A DNA stretch of 64,000 nucleotides from Candidatus Latescibacterota bacterium (lineage in GTDB: Bacteria > Latescibacterota > UBA2968 > GCA-2709665): positions 128,001-192,000 of the forward strand of contig OZ244937.1 in the NCBI GenBank assembly GCA_965222075.1, in the 5' to 3' direction. The notes under the pieces are model-generated. The model did no database searches. It saw only the letters and a program-made list of their open reading frames with translations, and was not told where the DNA came from. Position 1 is the first letter of the stretch. Every line of letters starts with the position of its first letter. The translations under genes were made by a program, and so were the position numbers. Shown here piece after piece: positions 1 through 10,000 of the stretch.

Positions 1-2
1 AG

Positions 3-1208
3 GCGCTGGAGGAAGAGGCGATCCCCCTGATTCTGGATCTGGAACGGCACCACTGGTCCGACATGTCTCCCTGGGACGCTATTTTCGATCTGTGCGAGGC
101 GTACCCGCGCCTGCCGGTGATCCTGCTGCGGGAGGGGGGGGATGCGCCCCGGGTGATGTACCATTTGTGGGATGAATTTCCGAATCTCTACCTGGAAACT
201 TCGTATATTCAGAGCGCAAACTGCCTCGAGGAGGTCTGCGAGCGCTTCGGGAGCGGGCGGGTGCTGTTTGGAGGCGGCATGCCGATGTACGATGCGGGCG
301 GCGCGATTGCCACGGTCAGGGGCAGCAGGCTGACCGGCCAGCAGCGGGCCGAGATCGCAGGGAACAACGCCCGCAGGCTGCTGGGCCTGGAGGCCGGCCC
401 GGAGACGATGGACCGCGACTGGCCGGTTGCGGCAGGCGGCATGCGGGTGTGGGACATCCACGGCCATCTGGGGCCGTGGTACAAGGTCCCTTACCCTGTT
501 TACGATGCGGCGGACACGGTCCGGCGTATGGATGAGGTGGGTGTGGAACGCTTTGTGATCAGCGATATTCGGGCGATTGAAAACGACCCGGATTCGGGGA
601 ACGCCAGGGCGATTGCGGCCGCTGCGGAATTTCCCGGCCGCCTCTACGTCTACGCCGGGTATTCGCCCAGCAAGTATGCGAAAAACATCGGGGCGTTCGA
701 GCGGTTTCTGGACCAGCCAGGGGTTGTGGGCATCAAGTTCCACTGCCAGCTGCACAATACGCCGCCCGAGTCGCCGAAATACCGGCCTGCTTTCGAGGCG
801 GCCAACGAGCGGCGCCTGCCGATTCTGACCCACGGCGTGCTGTCCCTGGACCTGCTTCGCTCCCTGCTGGCGGAGATGCCCAATCTGATTTATATTGCGG
901 CCCATTTTGCCGCGAGTCCACCCGAGGCGCACGAACCCTATCTGGCGATTGCCCGCGAGTTTTCCAATTTCTACTACGATACCACCGGCTCGACCGTGCT
1001 GCGGGGGGGCTTTGCCCGGCTGGTGGAACAGATGCCTGCCGAGCAGATTTTATACGGATCGGATTTTCCCATTATGGATTTTCCCTACCAGCTCGGGCGC
1101 GTGCTGTATGCAGATATCAGCGATGAGCTCAAGCGCAAGATTCTCTGGGAGAACCCGGCGCGGATATACCACAAGGCCGGGGGTGCGGAGAAAGGAGGAA
1201 GTGTATGA
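3..1208 (+). CDS. Amidohydrolase_2-family protein with two tandem TIM-barrel domains (5' partial)
   Basis: The frame is open from base 3 (ALEEEAIPLILDLERHHWSD-MSPW...), so the start lies upstream of the window. The C-terminal domain has DIHGH (HxH), GIKFH, LTHG, AAHF and YGSDFP motifs. Confidence 0.85.
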   Translation, partial: ALEEEAIPLILDLERHHWSDMSPWDAIFDLCEAYPRLPVILLREGGDAPRVMYHLWDEFPNLYLETSYIQSANCLEEVCERFGSGRVLFGGGMPMYDAGGAIATVRGSRLTGQQRAEIAGNNARRLLGLEAGPETMDRDWPVAAGGMRVWDIHGHLGPWYKVPYPVYDAADTVRRMDEVGVERFVISDIRAIENDPDSGNARAIAAAAEFPGRLYVYAGYSPSKYAKNIGAFERFLDQPGVVGIKFHCQLHNTPPESPKYRPAFEAANERRLPILTHGVLSLDLLRSLLAEMPNLIYIAAHFAASPPEAHEPYLAIAREFSNFYYDTTGSTVLRGGFARLVEQMPAEQILYGSDFPIMDFPYQLGRVLYADISDELKRKILWENPARIYHKAGGAEKGGSV

Positions 1209-2479
1209 AGCCGGAACGGGTTGAGGTGACGTACGGACCGCCTGCAAAGGCGCGTTTTGAGGTGGAGATGATTACGGATACGGCGGGCTACCAACAGACC
1301 GGGGGCAGCGGGGCGAGTTGCTGGGGGTATAACCAGTCCAATATTGTTCGTCAGGGGGAGGAGGTCTACGCTCTGAGCTGGCGGGACGATCTGACGCTGG
1401 TGGTGTTCCGGCGCACGGGCGCCGGGCAGTGGGAGGCCAGCGATCCCCTGCCGCCGGTGCCGCAGAACGGCAACCTGCTGGTGGACAGCTCGGGCCGGTT
1501 GCGCGTGATTGGGGGAAAGCATGGCAGTTACCATGTCATCTTCGATCCGCCGGGACAGGTGGAGAGGTTCACCATTCAGGAGTATGCCACGGCCGAAAGC
1601 CGTTTTGGCGCGTCGATCAACGCGAAGGACCAGATTTTTGTGGCCGGCGGGCTGGCGACGATGGGCTGGTACGTGCTGGATCCGGAGAACGACTACCGCC
1701 CCATGGCCTGGGGGAGCGTGCAGCACGAGCAGGCCCGGGGATACAACTTCGTGGTGTTCAACGGGTCTGAGGTACAGGCGATTTCCAGCGACGATTATTT
1801 CGTGCAGGGAGAGCAGTACCCCAACCAGACGGTGACTCACCGGGACGCGGAGACGGGCGAGATGAAGACGGTTGAGACGCCCCGGGGCATTTACCCGGTC
1901 CTGAGAGCCTACTATTATTATTGTCCGGATGTGTTTCAATCTCCTGAAGACTGGCGGATGACGGTGATCAGCGATGTGTCCGACACATTCGACGGCACCG
2001 CGCGGGGCACGACCGATCACCAGGATCTCATGCTGGATATGGAGGGGCGGGTACACCTGACGTATTATGAGAACCGGCAGCCTGTGACGACGGTTTGGGC
2101 CGGGATGGGCCAGGATTCGGGGAATAGCCTGCTTTATCACGCGGTGGGCGACCCGGACGGGCCGTTCACACACTTTTGTGTGGGCAATTTCAACAGCGGT
2201 CGGCTCTACCAGGGGCCGGACGGCCGGGTTCACTATTTTCTTACGCGAGGGAAGCGAGGCAACGCGGAGGGGGTCTGGTACGCGGTGGGCGAGGCCGACC
2301 GATGGGACCGGGTGAGCGAACCCGTGCGGCTGGAGATGCCGTCGCGGCTGTGGCACTTTTTCACCAATACCACCCGCGCGGGCGGCACCCGGGCGCCGTT
2401 CGTGGATTGTTACTGGACGGGGGCGTCTCAGCAGAACAGCAATGAGGTGTTTTACGGGCGATTGACGCCGGAGCCGTAG
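1205..2479 (+). CDS. Hypothetical protein, beta-rich (possible beta-propeller)
   Basis: 424-aa ORF with AGGAGG RBS and an ATGA overlap with the upstream stop. It has repeated D-x-x-G-R-V/L-H blade-like segments and no signal peptide. Confidence 0.7.
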   Translation: MKPERVEVTYGPPAKARFEVEMITDTAGYQQTGGSGASCWGYNQSNIVRQGEEVYALSWRDDLTLVVFRRTGAGQWEASDPLPPVPQNGNLLVDSSGRLRVIGGKHGSYHVIFDPPGQVERFTIQEYATAESRFGASINAKDQIFVAGGLATMGWYVLDPENDYRPMAWGSVQHEQARGYNFVVFNGSEVQAISSDDYFVQGEQYPNQTVTHRDAETGEMKTVETPRGIYPVLRAYYYYCPDVFQSPEDWRMTVISDVSDTFDGTARGTTDHQDLMLDMEGRVHLTYYENRQPVTTVWAGMGQDSGNSLLYHAVGDPDGPFTHFCVGNFNSGRLYQGPDGRVHYFLTRGKRGNAEGVWYAVGEADRWDRVSEPVRLEMPSRLWHFFTNTTRAGGTRAPFVDCYWTGASQQNSNEVFYGRLTPEP

Positions 2480-2490
2480 GGCGTTGAACG

Positions 2491-4206
2491 CTAATTTTTG
2501 AGGCGCGAGAGGTCCGCGCGCGCTTTTGCATCCGCCGGATCAAGTTCCAGAATGCGCTCCAGCGCTTGCAGGGCCGAGTCGATTCGCCCTGCGCGTTCGT
2601 AGAGCGCGGCCAGCGAGCGATGGGCGACCACGCTGCCGGGGTCCCGGCGGACGGCCTGCTCGAATGCGGCGATGGCCGCCTGCCACCGCCGTTGGCGCTC
2701 ATGGACCGCGCCAAGGGCCAGGCTGGGTGCTGGGGACGGGGAGAGCCGCACGGCCCGTTTCAACGCCCGTTCGGCAGTTGCCAGATCCCCGATTTCCGCG
2801 GCCGCCATGCCCAGCCCCTCGTATGCGTCAGCGAAGAGGGTGTCCCGCTCGACGGCCCGGACAAAGGAGGCTGCGGCTTCCCGGGCGCGCCCCTGCGTGG
2901 CGTAGGCCCGGCCGAGGCGATAGTGAAGCTCCGGGTTCTCGGGGTGGCGCAACGCCGCCCGCTCCAGGATATCCAGCTTGTGGCCCTCTTTCGAGAGTCG
3001 CTCGAATATTTCCATCTCCCTTTGCCCCTCTTCCTGCCTCCCCTGCAGCAGGCAGGTCCGGCCCAGGCCGTAGTGGGCTTTGGCGTGATCCGCATTGAGC
3101 GCGATTGTCCGGCGGAAAGCGGCCTCGGCTTCGGACAGATGGCCCAGCCTCAGCAGGACCTCGCCCAGACCGTAGTGGGCGCCGGCGTGTGCCGGTGCGT
3201 ACCGCACGGCCTCCCGGAAGGCGTCCGCGGCTTTTTGGTCCTCCCCCAGGGCGGTATATGCGTCGGCCAGGGCAGAACGGGCATCCGCAAAATCAGGAGC
3301 CAGCCGGATGGCCCGCCGGAACGCCGGGATGGCGTCTTGCACCCGTCCCAGAAGGACGAGCGCCCTGCCCAGCAGGTAGGGGGCGTCCACGTTCGCAGCG
3401 TCGGCCTGTTCAGCCCGCTGGAAGGCGTCTACGGCCCGGGCGTGGTTGTTCCGCACGGCCTCCACATCTCCCAGGCCCTGCCATCCGCTTGAAGAGGCGG
3501 GGTTGAGGGCCACAATGTGGTTGTAAGCATCCAGCGCCCGGCGCAGGTGGTGTTGCCGCTTGTAGTAAGCGGCCAACTCCAGCCAGGCCGGCAGGAAGGT
3601 GGCGTCCAGCGCTACGGCCCGTTGCAAGGCCGCTTCGCCGTCTTTCCGGTTGCCCCTTTTCAGTTCTACAGCGCCGAGCCTGTAGCGAAGCTCCGCGCTG
3701 TTGGGGGCCAGTTTCACGGCCCGTTGGAACGCAGCGGCGGCCGCTGCCAGGTCGTTTTGGGCCACGGCGAGGATGCCGAGCGCCCGGTGCGCGTCCGGCA
3801 TGTGCGGGGCCAGGTCTACGGCGCGCCGATACGCCTCTTGGGCCTCCTGCAGGCGCCCCATCCGCTGGTAGACGGCGCCGAGCACAATGTGGGTGTGCCG
3901 ATAGTCGGGCTCCAGCCTGGCCGCACGGTTGAGCATGCGCACCGCACCTTCCAGCCGGCCCATCTGGGCACTGAGGATGCCGAAGTTGTGCCATACCTCC
4001 GCAGATGTCGGGGCCAGTTCCGCGGCGCGGGCCATTGCCTCGGAGGCCTCCCGCAGCCGGCCCGCTTGGGCATGGGCGATGCCGGCCTCCAGAGCCGCCT
4101 GCGCAGAGGCGGACAGCCCGGGTTTTGCGCCGGCGGTGAGGATGGGGGAAGGGACAATACAGCATACCGCGAGGAAAAGGACCACCTGTCGGGTCACGCT
4201 ATCCAT
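2491..4206 (-). CDS. Tetratricopeptide-repeat protein with predicted signal peptide
   Basis: Consecutive 34-aa TPR units span the whole length (e.g. AHYGLGEVLLRLGHLSEAEAAFRRTIALNADH). Probable start is ATG 4206 (MDSVTRQVVLFLAVCCIV...) rather than 4317. Confidence 0.85.
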   Translation of the reverse strand: MDSVTRQVVLFLAVCCIVPSPILTAGAKPGLSASAQAALEAGIAHAQAGRLREASEAMARAAELAPTSAEVWHNFGILSAQMGRLEGAVRMLNRAARLEPDYRHTHIVLGAVYQRMGRLQEAQEAYRRAVDLAPHMPDAHRALGILAVAQNDLAAAAAAFQRAVKLAPNSAELRYRLGAVELKRGNRKDGEAALQRAVALDATFLPAWLELAAYYKRQHHLRRALDAYNHIVALNPASSSGWQGLGDVEAVRNNHARAVDAFQRAEQADAANVDAPYLLGRALVLLGRVQDAIPAFRRAIRLAPDFADARSALADAYTALGEDQKAADAFREAVRYAPAHAGAHYGLGEVLLRLGHLSEAEAAFRRTIALNADHAKAHYGLGRTCLLQGRQEEGQREMEIFERLSKEGHKLDILERAALRHPENPELHYRLGRAYATQGRAREAAASFVRAVERDTLFADAYEGLGMAAAEIGDLATAERALKRAVRLSPSPAPSLALGAVHERQRRWQAAIAAFEQAVRRDPGSVVAHRSLAALYERAGRIDSALQALERILELDPADAKARADLSRLKN

Positions 4207-4324
4207 CCTTTCTTCAGAATTTAGAGATTCGATAGAAAGATACCTGTAGAACACAAGAATAAGCAACCGAAAAACGCCGGATGGGACCCGTGCACCGATT
4301 CTGAAGCGGGGCGGCAAAAAGTGC

Positions 4325-4353
4325 TTGACTTGGCGCTGAGGTTATATTAATTT
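4325..4353 (+). promoter_or_regulatory. Putative sigma70-type promoter for the surface-protein operon
   Basis: TTGACT (4325-4330), 17 bp spacer, TAATTT (4348-4353), in the AT-rich divergent intergenic region. Same geometry as the promoter at 29600. Confidence 0.55.
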
Positions 4354-4443
4354 TAGTTGATCGTTTGGAAGATTCGAGCGATAAGTGAATAAGCCATTCA
4401 GTAACAATATGTTGAACAGTTTTTCTACGTATGGTTTCAAGTC

Positions 4444-4456
4444 AATCAAGGAGTTA
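4444..4456 (+). promoter_or_regulatory. IHF-consensus-like site
   Basis: AATCAAGGAGTTA matches WATCAANNNNTTR. A one-mismatch copy TAACAATATGTTG lies at 4402-4414. Confidence 0.3.
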
Positions 4457-4545
4457 CAACTTGTATTTGGCCGAAGCTGGGAAAGGAGGTCTGTTGTTAT
4501 GAAAGGGACTGGCATACCGATTTCGGGATTCAGATCAGATGGATT

Positions 4546-5247
4546 TTGGGAGTGGTTCTTCTCTTTGGTGTGGGTTTTGCCCCCACCCCAAGGGTAGAGG
4601 CGCAGGAGCTGCGCTACGGACTTGGTCTATACGGGTCCATGCTGCAGCCGATGGGGCCGTTCAAGGGCTGGTATAACATCTCTCCGGCGTTCATCGCGCA
4701 GCTTACCTATGTGGTGTCTCCCAGGACGATGACGGAGGTGGAAGTTCACTACACGACGCTGTCCGATGCGGGGCTGGACGGCCGGGAATTCGTCTGGCAC
4801 AACGGGCTGGGCGCGGCCAACGGGTCCAAGGTGAAAAGCCCCAGTGCCAAGGCCGATATGTGGATCGCCAGCCTGGTGGTGAACGGGCTGCGCACCTTTA
4901 AGCCGGACGAGGCGGGCCAGACCGTCCCCTACATTGTGGCCGGTATCGGCTTTTACAAGTTCAACCACGAGGTGACAGGGCTGATTTGGCCGGGGCAGGT
5001 GGGCAATCAGATCAAGGCCGATGCGCAGAGCATGCTGGAGCCGACCAGGGATACGGATGCAGCGCTGTCCATCAATACCGGGCTGGGTTTCTACCATCGC
5101 ACGTCGGAGCGGTTCCTGGTCGATTTCCGGGTCCGTTGGAATGTGTCGATGGGCGAACTGAGGCCGTATGAGGACTGGGGCCTGAAGAAGACGTTTCCGA
5201 TTCAGAGCCTCAACCTGATGATCGGATTAAAGTACTTCCTGAGTTAA
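4546..5247 (+). CDS. Small outer-membrane beta-barrel protein (OMP_b-brl-like); start uncertain
   Basis: Hydrophobic N-terminus ending VEA|QEL, alternating amphipathic strands, PYIVAGIGFY motif and C-terminal IGLKYF. The strong SD/ATG at 4484-4501 is out of frame. Confidence 0.75.
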   Translation: MGVVLLFGVGFAPTPRVEAQELRYGLGLYGSMLQPMGPFKGWYNISPAFIAQLTYVVSPRTMTEVEVHYTTLSDAGLDGREFVWHNGLGAANGSKVKSPSAKADMWIASLVVNGLRTFKPDEAGQTVPYIVAGIGFYKFNHEVTGLIWPGQVGNQIKADAQSMLEPTRDTDAALSINTGLGFYHRTSERFLVDFRVRWNVSMGELRPYEDWGLKKTFPIQSLNLMIGLKYFLS

Positions 5248-5955
5248 ATGAACACACGGTTTGGAACGGTTCTCTTTCTTATCCCCTTTATGGTCGGCTG
5301 GGGCGATTGGGGGGCCGAGGCCCGGCCGAAACGGGTTTTTCAGATTCCGAACGGTGCTTTGGCCCATTGTCGCACCTGTCATATCGGCCGGGGCACAACC
5401 ACAACGCGGCTCGACATCCCGCTTTCCCAGGAGACGCACGAGGCCGCCAATGACGGGGATGAGATCTGTGCCAGCTGTCACCTGGACACCAGCGGGGGCG
5501 GCCCCCTCAACCTCTTCGGCGTGACGGTTAAAAGCGGGTACCTGACCGAGGCGGGGTATCCGGGCAACGTGATGTGGGGAGTGACGCTGGCCAAAGTGGA
5601 TTCGGATGGAGACGGGTTTACCAACGGGGAGGAACTGGGAGACCTGGAGGGTGTGTGGAAGCCGGGCGACCCGGCACCGGGCCGGGTGCTGTCGTTGAGC
5701 AATCCGGGCGTTCGCAGTAGCGTGCCGGTGCAGTCGGCTTCGGACAGTACGGAAATCGACCCGGAGGCGCGCATGCGGTCGGACTTTAACGGAGACGGGA
5801 AGGTAAATTTCGCCGATTTTGTCCGGTTCGCGGTGGCCTTTGGAAAAACCCGGGAGGATCCGGGGTTTGACCCGCTGTTTGACCTGACCGGAGACGGGAG
5901 GGTGGGCTTGGGCGACTTTGTGGGGTTTGCACAGGATTTCGGTAAGGGGGGATGA
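5248..5955 (+). CDS. Secreted temptin-like domain protein with two CxxCH motifs and a C-terminal dockerin/EF-hand-like pair
   Basis: Signal peptide (AEA|RP), then IPNG...CRTCH...CASCH...GGGPLNLFG...W...DSDGDGFTNGEELGD..G.W.PG...SNPG. C-terminal DFNGDGKVNFADF / DLTGDGRVGLGDF. Confidence 0.75.
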   Translation: MNTRFGTVLFLIPFMVGWGDWGAEARPKRVFQIPNGALAHCRTCHIGRGTTTTRLDIPLSQETHEAANDGDEICASCHLDTSGGGPLNLFGVTVKSGYLTEAGYPGNVMWGVTLAKVDSDGDGFTNGEELGDLEGVWKPGDPAPGRVLSLSNPGVRSSVPVQSASDSTEIDPEARMRSDFNGDGKVNFADFVRFAVAFGKTREDPGFDPLFDLTGDGRVGLGDFVGFAQDFGKGG

Positions 5956-5973
5956 GCCGCGGGGAATGCCAGA

Positions 5974-6198
5974 TCGCGCTGCTCCTTGTGCATGTTGAAG
6001 AAGAAAGAGGGTAAAAAGGCAAAACGCGGGAGGTGTGATATGAAACGGGTATTGATGTTGTCCGCTGTTGTCGAATGAGCAGATTTACAAAAGCCCGGCA
6101 GACGGGATAAGACTGCTCCTGGGATGGGCAGTTTCACCCACGGGTGAACGTCGCGCTGCTCCTTGTGCATGTTGAAGAAGAAAGAGGGTAAAAAGGCA
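5974..6198 (+). repeat. 48-bp perfect direct repeat (5974-6021 and 6151-6198)
   Basis: TCGCGCTGCTCCTTGTGCATGTTGAAGAAGAAAGAGGGTAAAAAGGCA occurs twice, 177 bp apart. Confidence 0.95.
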
Positions 6199-6957
6199 CT
6201 GCTGGTTTTCCCGGTCCAGGGAGCGGCCGTAACCCATCACGAGGTCCTGGTCAACGCCTCTGGCGACCTCCTGTTGTCCGGACAGGAGGTTTCAGTAGAT
6301 GTGAAGATGACCAACCGGAAGATGCTGCATGGGTACGGCTTCGTGCTGAACTACAATCCGGATCGGTTTGAATTTGTGCGGGTTGTGCCGGCCGAGTTTA
6401 CGGCGGAGCTGCTGCGGTCGGGCGGTGGCGAGCCGCCGGAGTTCACCGCTCAGGTGGCCCGGCCCGGCCGGCTGCTGCTGGCGAACGCCTCGGGGATTTG
6501 CGACGCCGGTGTGTTTGAGGGCACGGGGGTTTACAACGGTACGGTGACCACCGTGGTCTTCAAGGTGCTCCAGTCGTTTGAGAGCGATGCCCGGATCGAG
6601 ATCGCCGAGGGGGTGCTGCTGGGGCCCGATGTGGCCGAAGGCCCGATGGCGCTTCTGTTGAAGGGTGAGGGCACACCCACGGGGTTCGAGCTTTTCCAGA
6701 ATTTCCCGAATCCGTTCAATCCGGAGACGCAAATCGTGTTCCATCTTCCCCAGGCCGCAGAGATCTCTCTGGTGGTCTACAACGTGCAGGGCCAGCAGGT
6801 CCGCGTGCTGGGCCGGGGCTACTGGGAAGCCGGCGCCTACCAGACGCGTTGGGACGGGCTGGACGCCTCCGGACGGCCGGTGTCAAGCGGTGTGTACTTC
6901 TACCGCCTGACCGCCGACGCGTTTCAGGCGCAGCGCCCGATGTTATTGCTCAAATAA
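6163..6957 (+). CDS. Cohesin-like domain plus FlgD-Ig/T9SS type-A-like C-terminal sorting domain protein; likely original start 6040, interrupted by an insertion
   Basis: GYGFVLNYNPDRFEFV cohesin-like motif and C-terminal FELFQNFPNPFNPETQI...VYNVQGQQVRVL...SSGVYFYRL...MLLLK. An in-frame GGAGGT/ATG at 6040 encodes MKRVLMLSAVV before TGA at 6076. Confidence 0.75.
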   Translation: MCMLKKKEGKKALLVFPVQGAAVTHHEVLVNASGDLLLSGQEVSVDVKMTNRKMLHGYGFVLNYNPDRFEFVRVVPAEFTAELLRSGGGEPPEFTAQVARPGRLLLANASGICDAGVFEGTGVYNGTVTTVVFKVLQSFESDARIEIAEGVLLGPDVAEGPMALLLKGEGTPTGFELFQNFPNPFNPETQIVFHLPQAAEISLVVYNVQGQQVRVLGRGYWEAGAYQTRWDGLDASGRPVSSGVYFYRLTADAFQAQRPMLLLK

Positions 6958-7002
6958 CGCTTCAACCCACTCTGTTTTGTTCGTTTACGAGGAGGACTGC
7001 CT

Positions 7003-7056
7003 ATGGAGGTTATACCGGTAAGAGCCGGGTATAGAGGGTTCCTTATTCACCATTAG
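7003..7056 (+). other. SD-led mini-ORF (17 aa, MEVIPVRAGYRGFLIHH) upstream of TonB-dependent receptor 1
   Basis: AGGAGGACTGCCTATG followed by 17 codons and TAG. A counterpart lies at 29738. Confidence 0.35.
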
Positions 7057-7080
7057 GGTATTCCATCAAGGAGTTGGCGT

Positions 7081-10000
7081 ATGAATCGCATTTTTTTGGT
7101 TATTGGCATGGTTGCGGCCCTTTGCATATCGGCCGGGCAGGCGTGGTCTCAGTCGTCTTACGGGAAGATCACCGGAAGAGTGACCGACGCGAGTGGTGAG
7201 ATCCTGCCGGGGGCCAATGTGGTCATCGAAGATACGCGCTTCGGGGCGACGTCCGACAGCGATGGCTTCTATGTTATGATCGGTGTGGAGCCGGGCCTTT
7301 ACAAGTTGAAGGCTTCGATGGTCGGCTACGAGGCGGTGGTGCGGCAGGGGGTGAAGGTGGCTGCGGGCCTGACGACGGTGGCGAACTTCACGCTCCGGGA
7401 GTCGGCGATTGAGGCGGCCGAGATCGTGGTGACGGCCGAGCGCCCGCTTGTGGAGGTGGACCGGACCTCGAGCGAGACGAAAATCTCGTCGCAGGAGATC
7501 GCACAGGTTCCGATTATTCGAGACGTGAGGTCGCATCTCCAGTACGCCGTGGGCACCAATGTGAACGACAGCCCCGGCAACGGAGTGCGCATCCGCCACA
7601 TGAGTTATTATTCGATGCGTGCGGCGCAGACCTGGACGTTCGACGGCATTGAGCTGATGAACCTGGACACGTCGCAGCAGACGGCGCCCAGGCAGTACAC
7701 GAACCTGCCCGTGACGTCCATCGGCGAGATGGGCCTCGTAAGAGGGGGCGCCGACGCCTCGCAGGCCTCCTCGCCGGCTGGTGTGATCAATATTGTCAGC
7801 CGGGAGGGATCGCGGATCTACCGCGGCGGCATCGACCTCCGGATCGAGCCGCCCGGCAGGCGGCACCGGGGCGCGAACGTTTACGACGCAACCCCCGGGC
7901 AAGCGGGGGGGGCGAACGGGTACTGGCGGGACAAGCTGCAGTGGAACAATCCCGAATGGGTAAATGAGACCGACCCGGAAACCGGGCAGCAGATCCACGT
8001 GAGGCAGGACTACGAGGGCGCGATCGGACACCTGGTGGAGGGGTGGGTCAGCGGGCCCCTGGCCGATAACGTGACATTTGTGCTGAGTGGGAAGACCAGC
8101 CGATCCAAGCAGACGCTCCCCGGCCCGACGCGGGTGGGGCTGCGCCAGAACAGCGTATTCGGAAAGCTCAGCTTCACGCCTACGTCCAACCTCAAGCTGA
8201 AGGTGGGGTATAACCACTCGAACGAGCCCACGTTTTTCGGGGATACCAACCGGGGTGTGAATTCCAACCTGTTTTTGATTAACGGCACGACGGGGTACGA
8301 GCAGAAGCGGGTGAACCAGATCTTCTACGTGACGGGTACCCACAGCCTCAGCCCCAGGATGTTCCACGAGTTCCAGGTCGCGTATTTTGGAACGAAAACC
8401 GAACCGGACGGCACCGTGGATGGCACGACGACATCCTGGCGGAGGGACGCGCTGGGCCAGTTCAATCTCGACCGGGAGCGCAGGCGTATTGTTGTGGAAG
8501 ACAACCGCCGGTACAATCTCCGCTACGACTTCACCGGTCAGCTCACCCGGCGCAACCTTTTCAAGGCGGGTTTTGTGTTTCAGAACCTCAACAATCTCAA
8601 CTGGGATTACAACCGGTCAAGCGCGACCAACGCCACAATCAAGATTATGGCCAAGAACAGCGAGCCGGGCCAGCGGTATACCGTTAACCGGCTGGCGGCC
8701 TATGTGGACGAAAAGCTGGAATTTCAGGGTATGGTCGTGCACGCGGGCCTGCGCTTCGACAGCTTCTGGGGCGGGCCCGAGCGGACGCTGGCGGGCTTTA
8801 TGAAGGCGCTGCCGGGGTGGCGGACCTACAAGGCCTGGCGGACGGGGCGCGTCCCTCTGGAGCAGACGAGGCCGATGACGAGCCTGTCGCCCCGGATCGG
8901 CCTGTCTCACCCGATCACGGACCGGTCGACCGTGCGGTATTCCTACGGCGTGTACTACAAACCCCCGCAATTCTCGCTGCTGTGGCTGGAGCCCTGGACC
9001 ACGTCGGACGCGCAGAACCACCCCGAGCTGGACGATGTTTGGTTCGATCTGAACTGGATCGGGGGCGGGCAGTGGCGCTTAGACGGCGGGTACCAGAACC
9101 CGGGAGGGCTGCCGAACACGGCCGAATTTGAGGTGACGGGAGAGTGGAACTTCATCAGCGACTTCGTGATGGAGCTGTCCACCTACTACCGCCGGACGGA
9201 GCGCGTGGGCTCCGGCGGTGTGCACCGATTCATTGATCCGGTGCAGACGCTGGCCTATGTGGGGCACCGGGGGCCGAACGCCCGTTTGGAGACAAAGGGC
9301 ATCGAGGTCGGGTTTACCAAGGCCTTTTCCCACAACTTCTCCTTCCGGGTGGGGCTGGACGTGAGCTGGGCGCTCTTCAACTGGTCGGGCGGCTCTCAGC
9401 TCCTGGTCCATACGTATCCGGACTCCAACTTCATCGCCGGGCCGAACTACTTCACCGTGGATGCAAACGACGACCCGGTGCGGTTGACCGCCGACGAGAT
9501 TCGGACGATCGGCCGCAGGGCCAACGACATTATCCGGAAATTACAGGCAGATGGGACGACATTCGCCGGCGCCTGGGGCACCAACCGGCTCGATACGCTC
9601 CGTCCCTGGTACGAGTATCCGGGTCTGAGCGAATCGGAGAAGCAGCGGATGGAGAACCTCTATTTCCAGGATGTGTGGCGGCAGGTGGACGCGTTCCGGG
9701 GGCAGCCGCCGACGACGAACGCCTCGTTCCAGTTCCTCTGGTCTACGCCGATGGACTGGGGAGGGGCCTGGAGGCCGCTCCTGGGCGGTGTGCAGGCGAA
9801 TCTTGTCTGGCGGATCGACAACGGGGGGCAGTTCCAGATTACCCTGCCGGGCACGAGCGTGCAGACCGCCCGCAACCGGCCGGTGTTCGTCCGGACGGAC
9901 ATGAATGTCCAGAAGTCGTTCCGGATAGGGTCGGTCACCCCCACGCTCTACATGGAGGTGTTCAACCTCTTCAATACCTATTACGATTCGTCCTCCGGCG

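Noticed and set aside
5974-6198. 48-bp direct repeat as a CRISPR array
   Set aside because: Only two copies, a 129-bp gap, no cas genes; explained by a local duplication.
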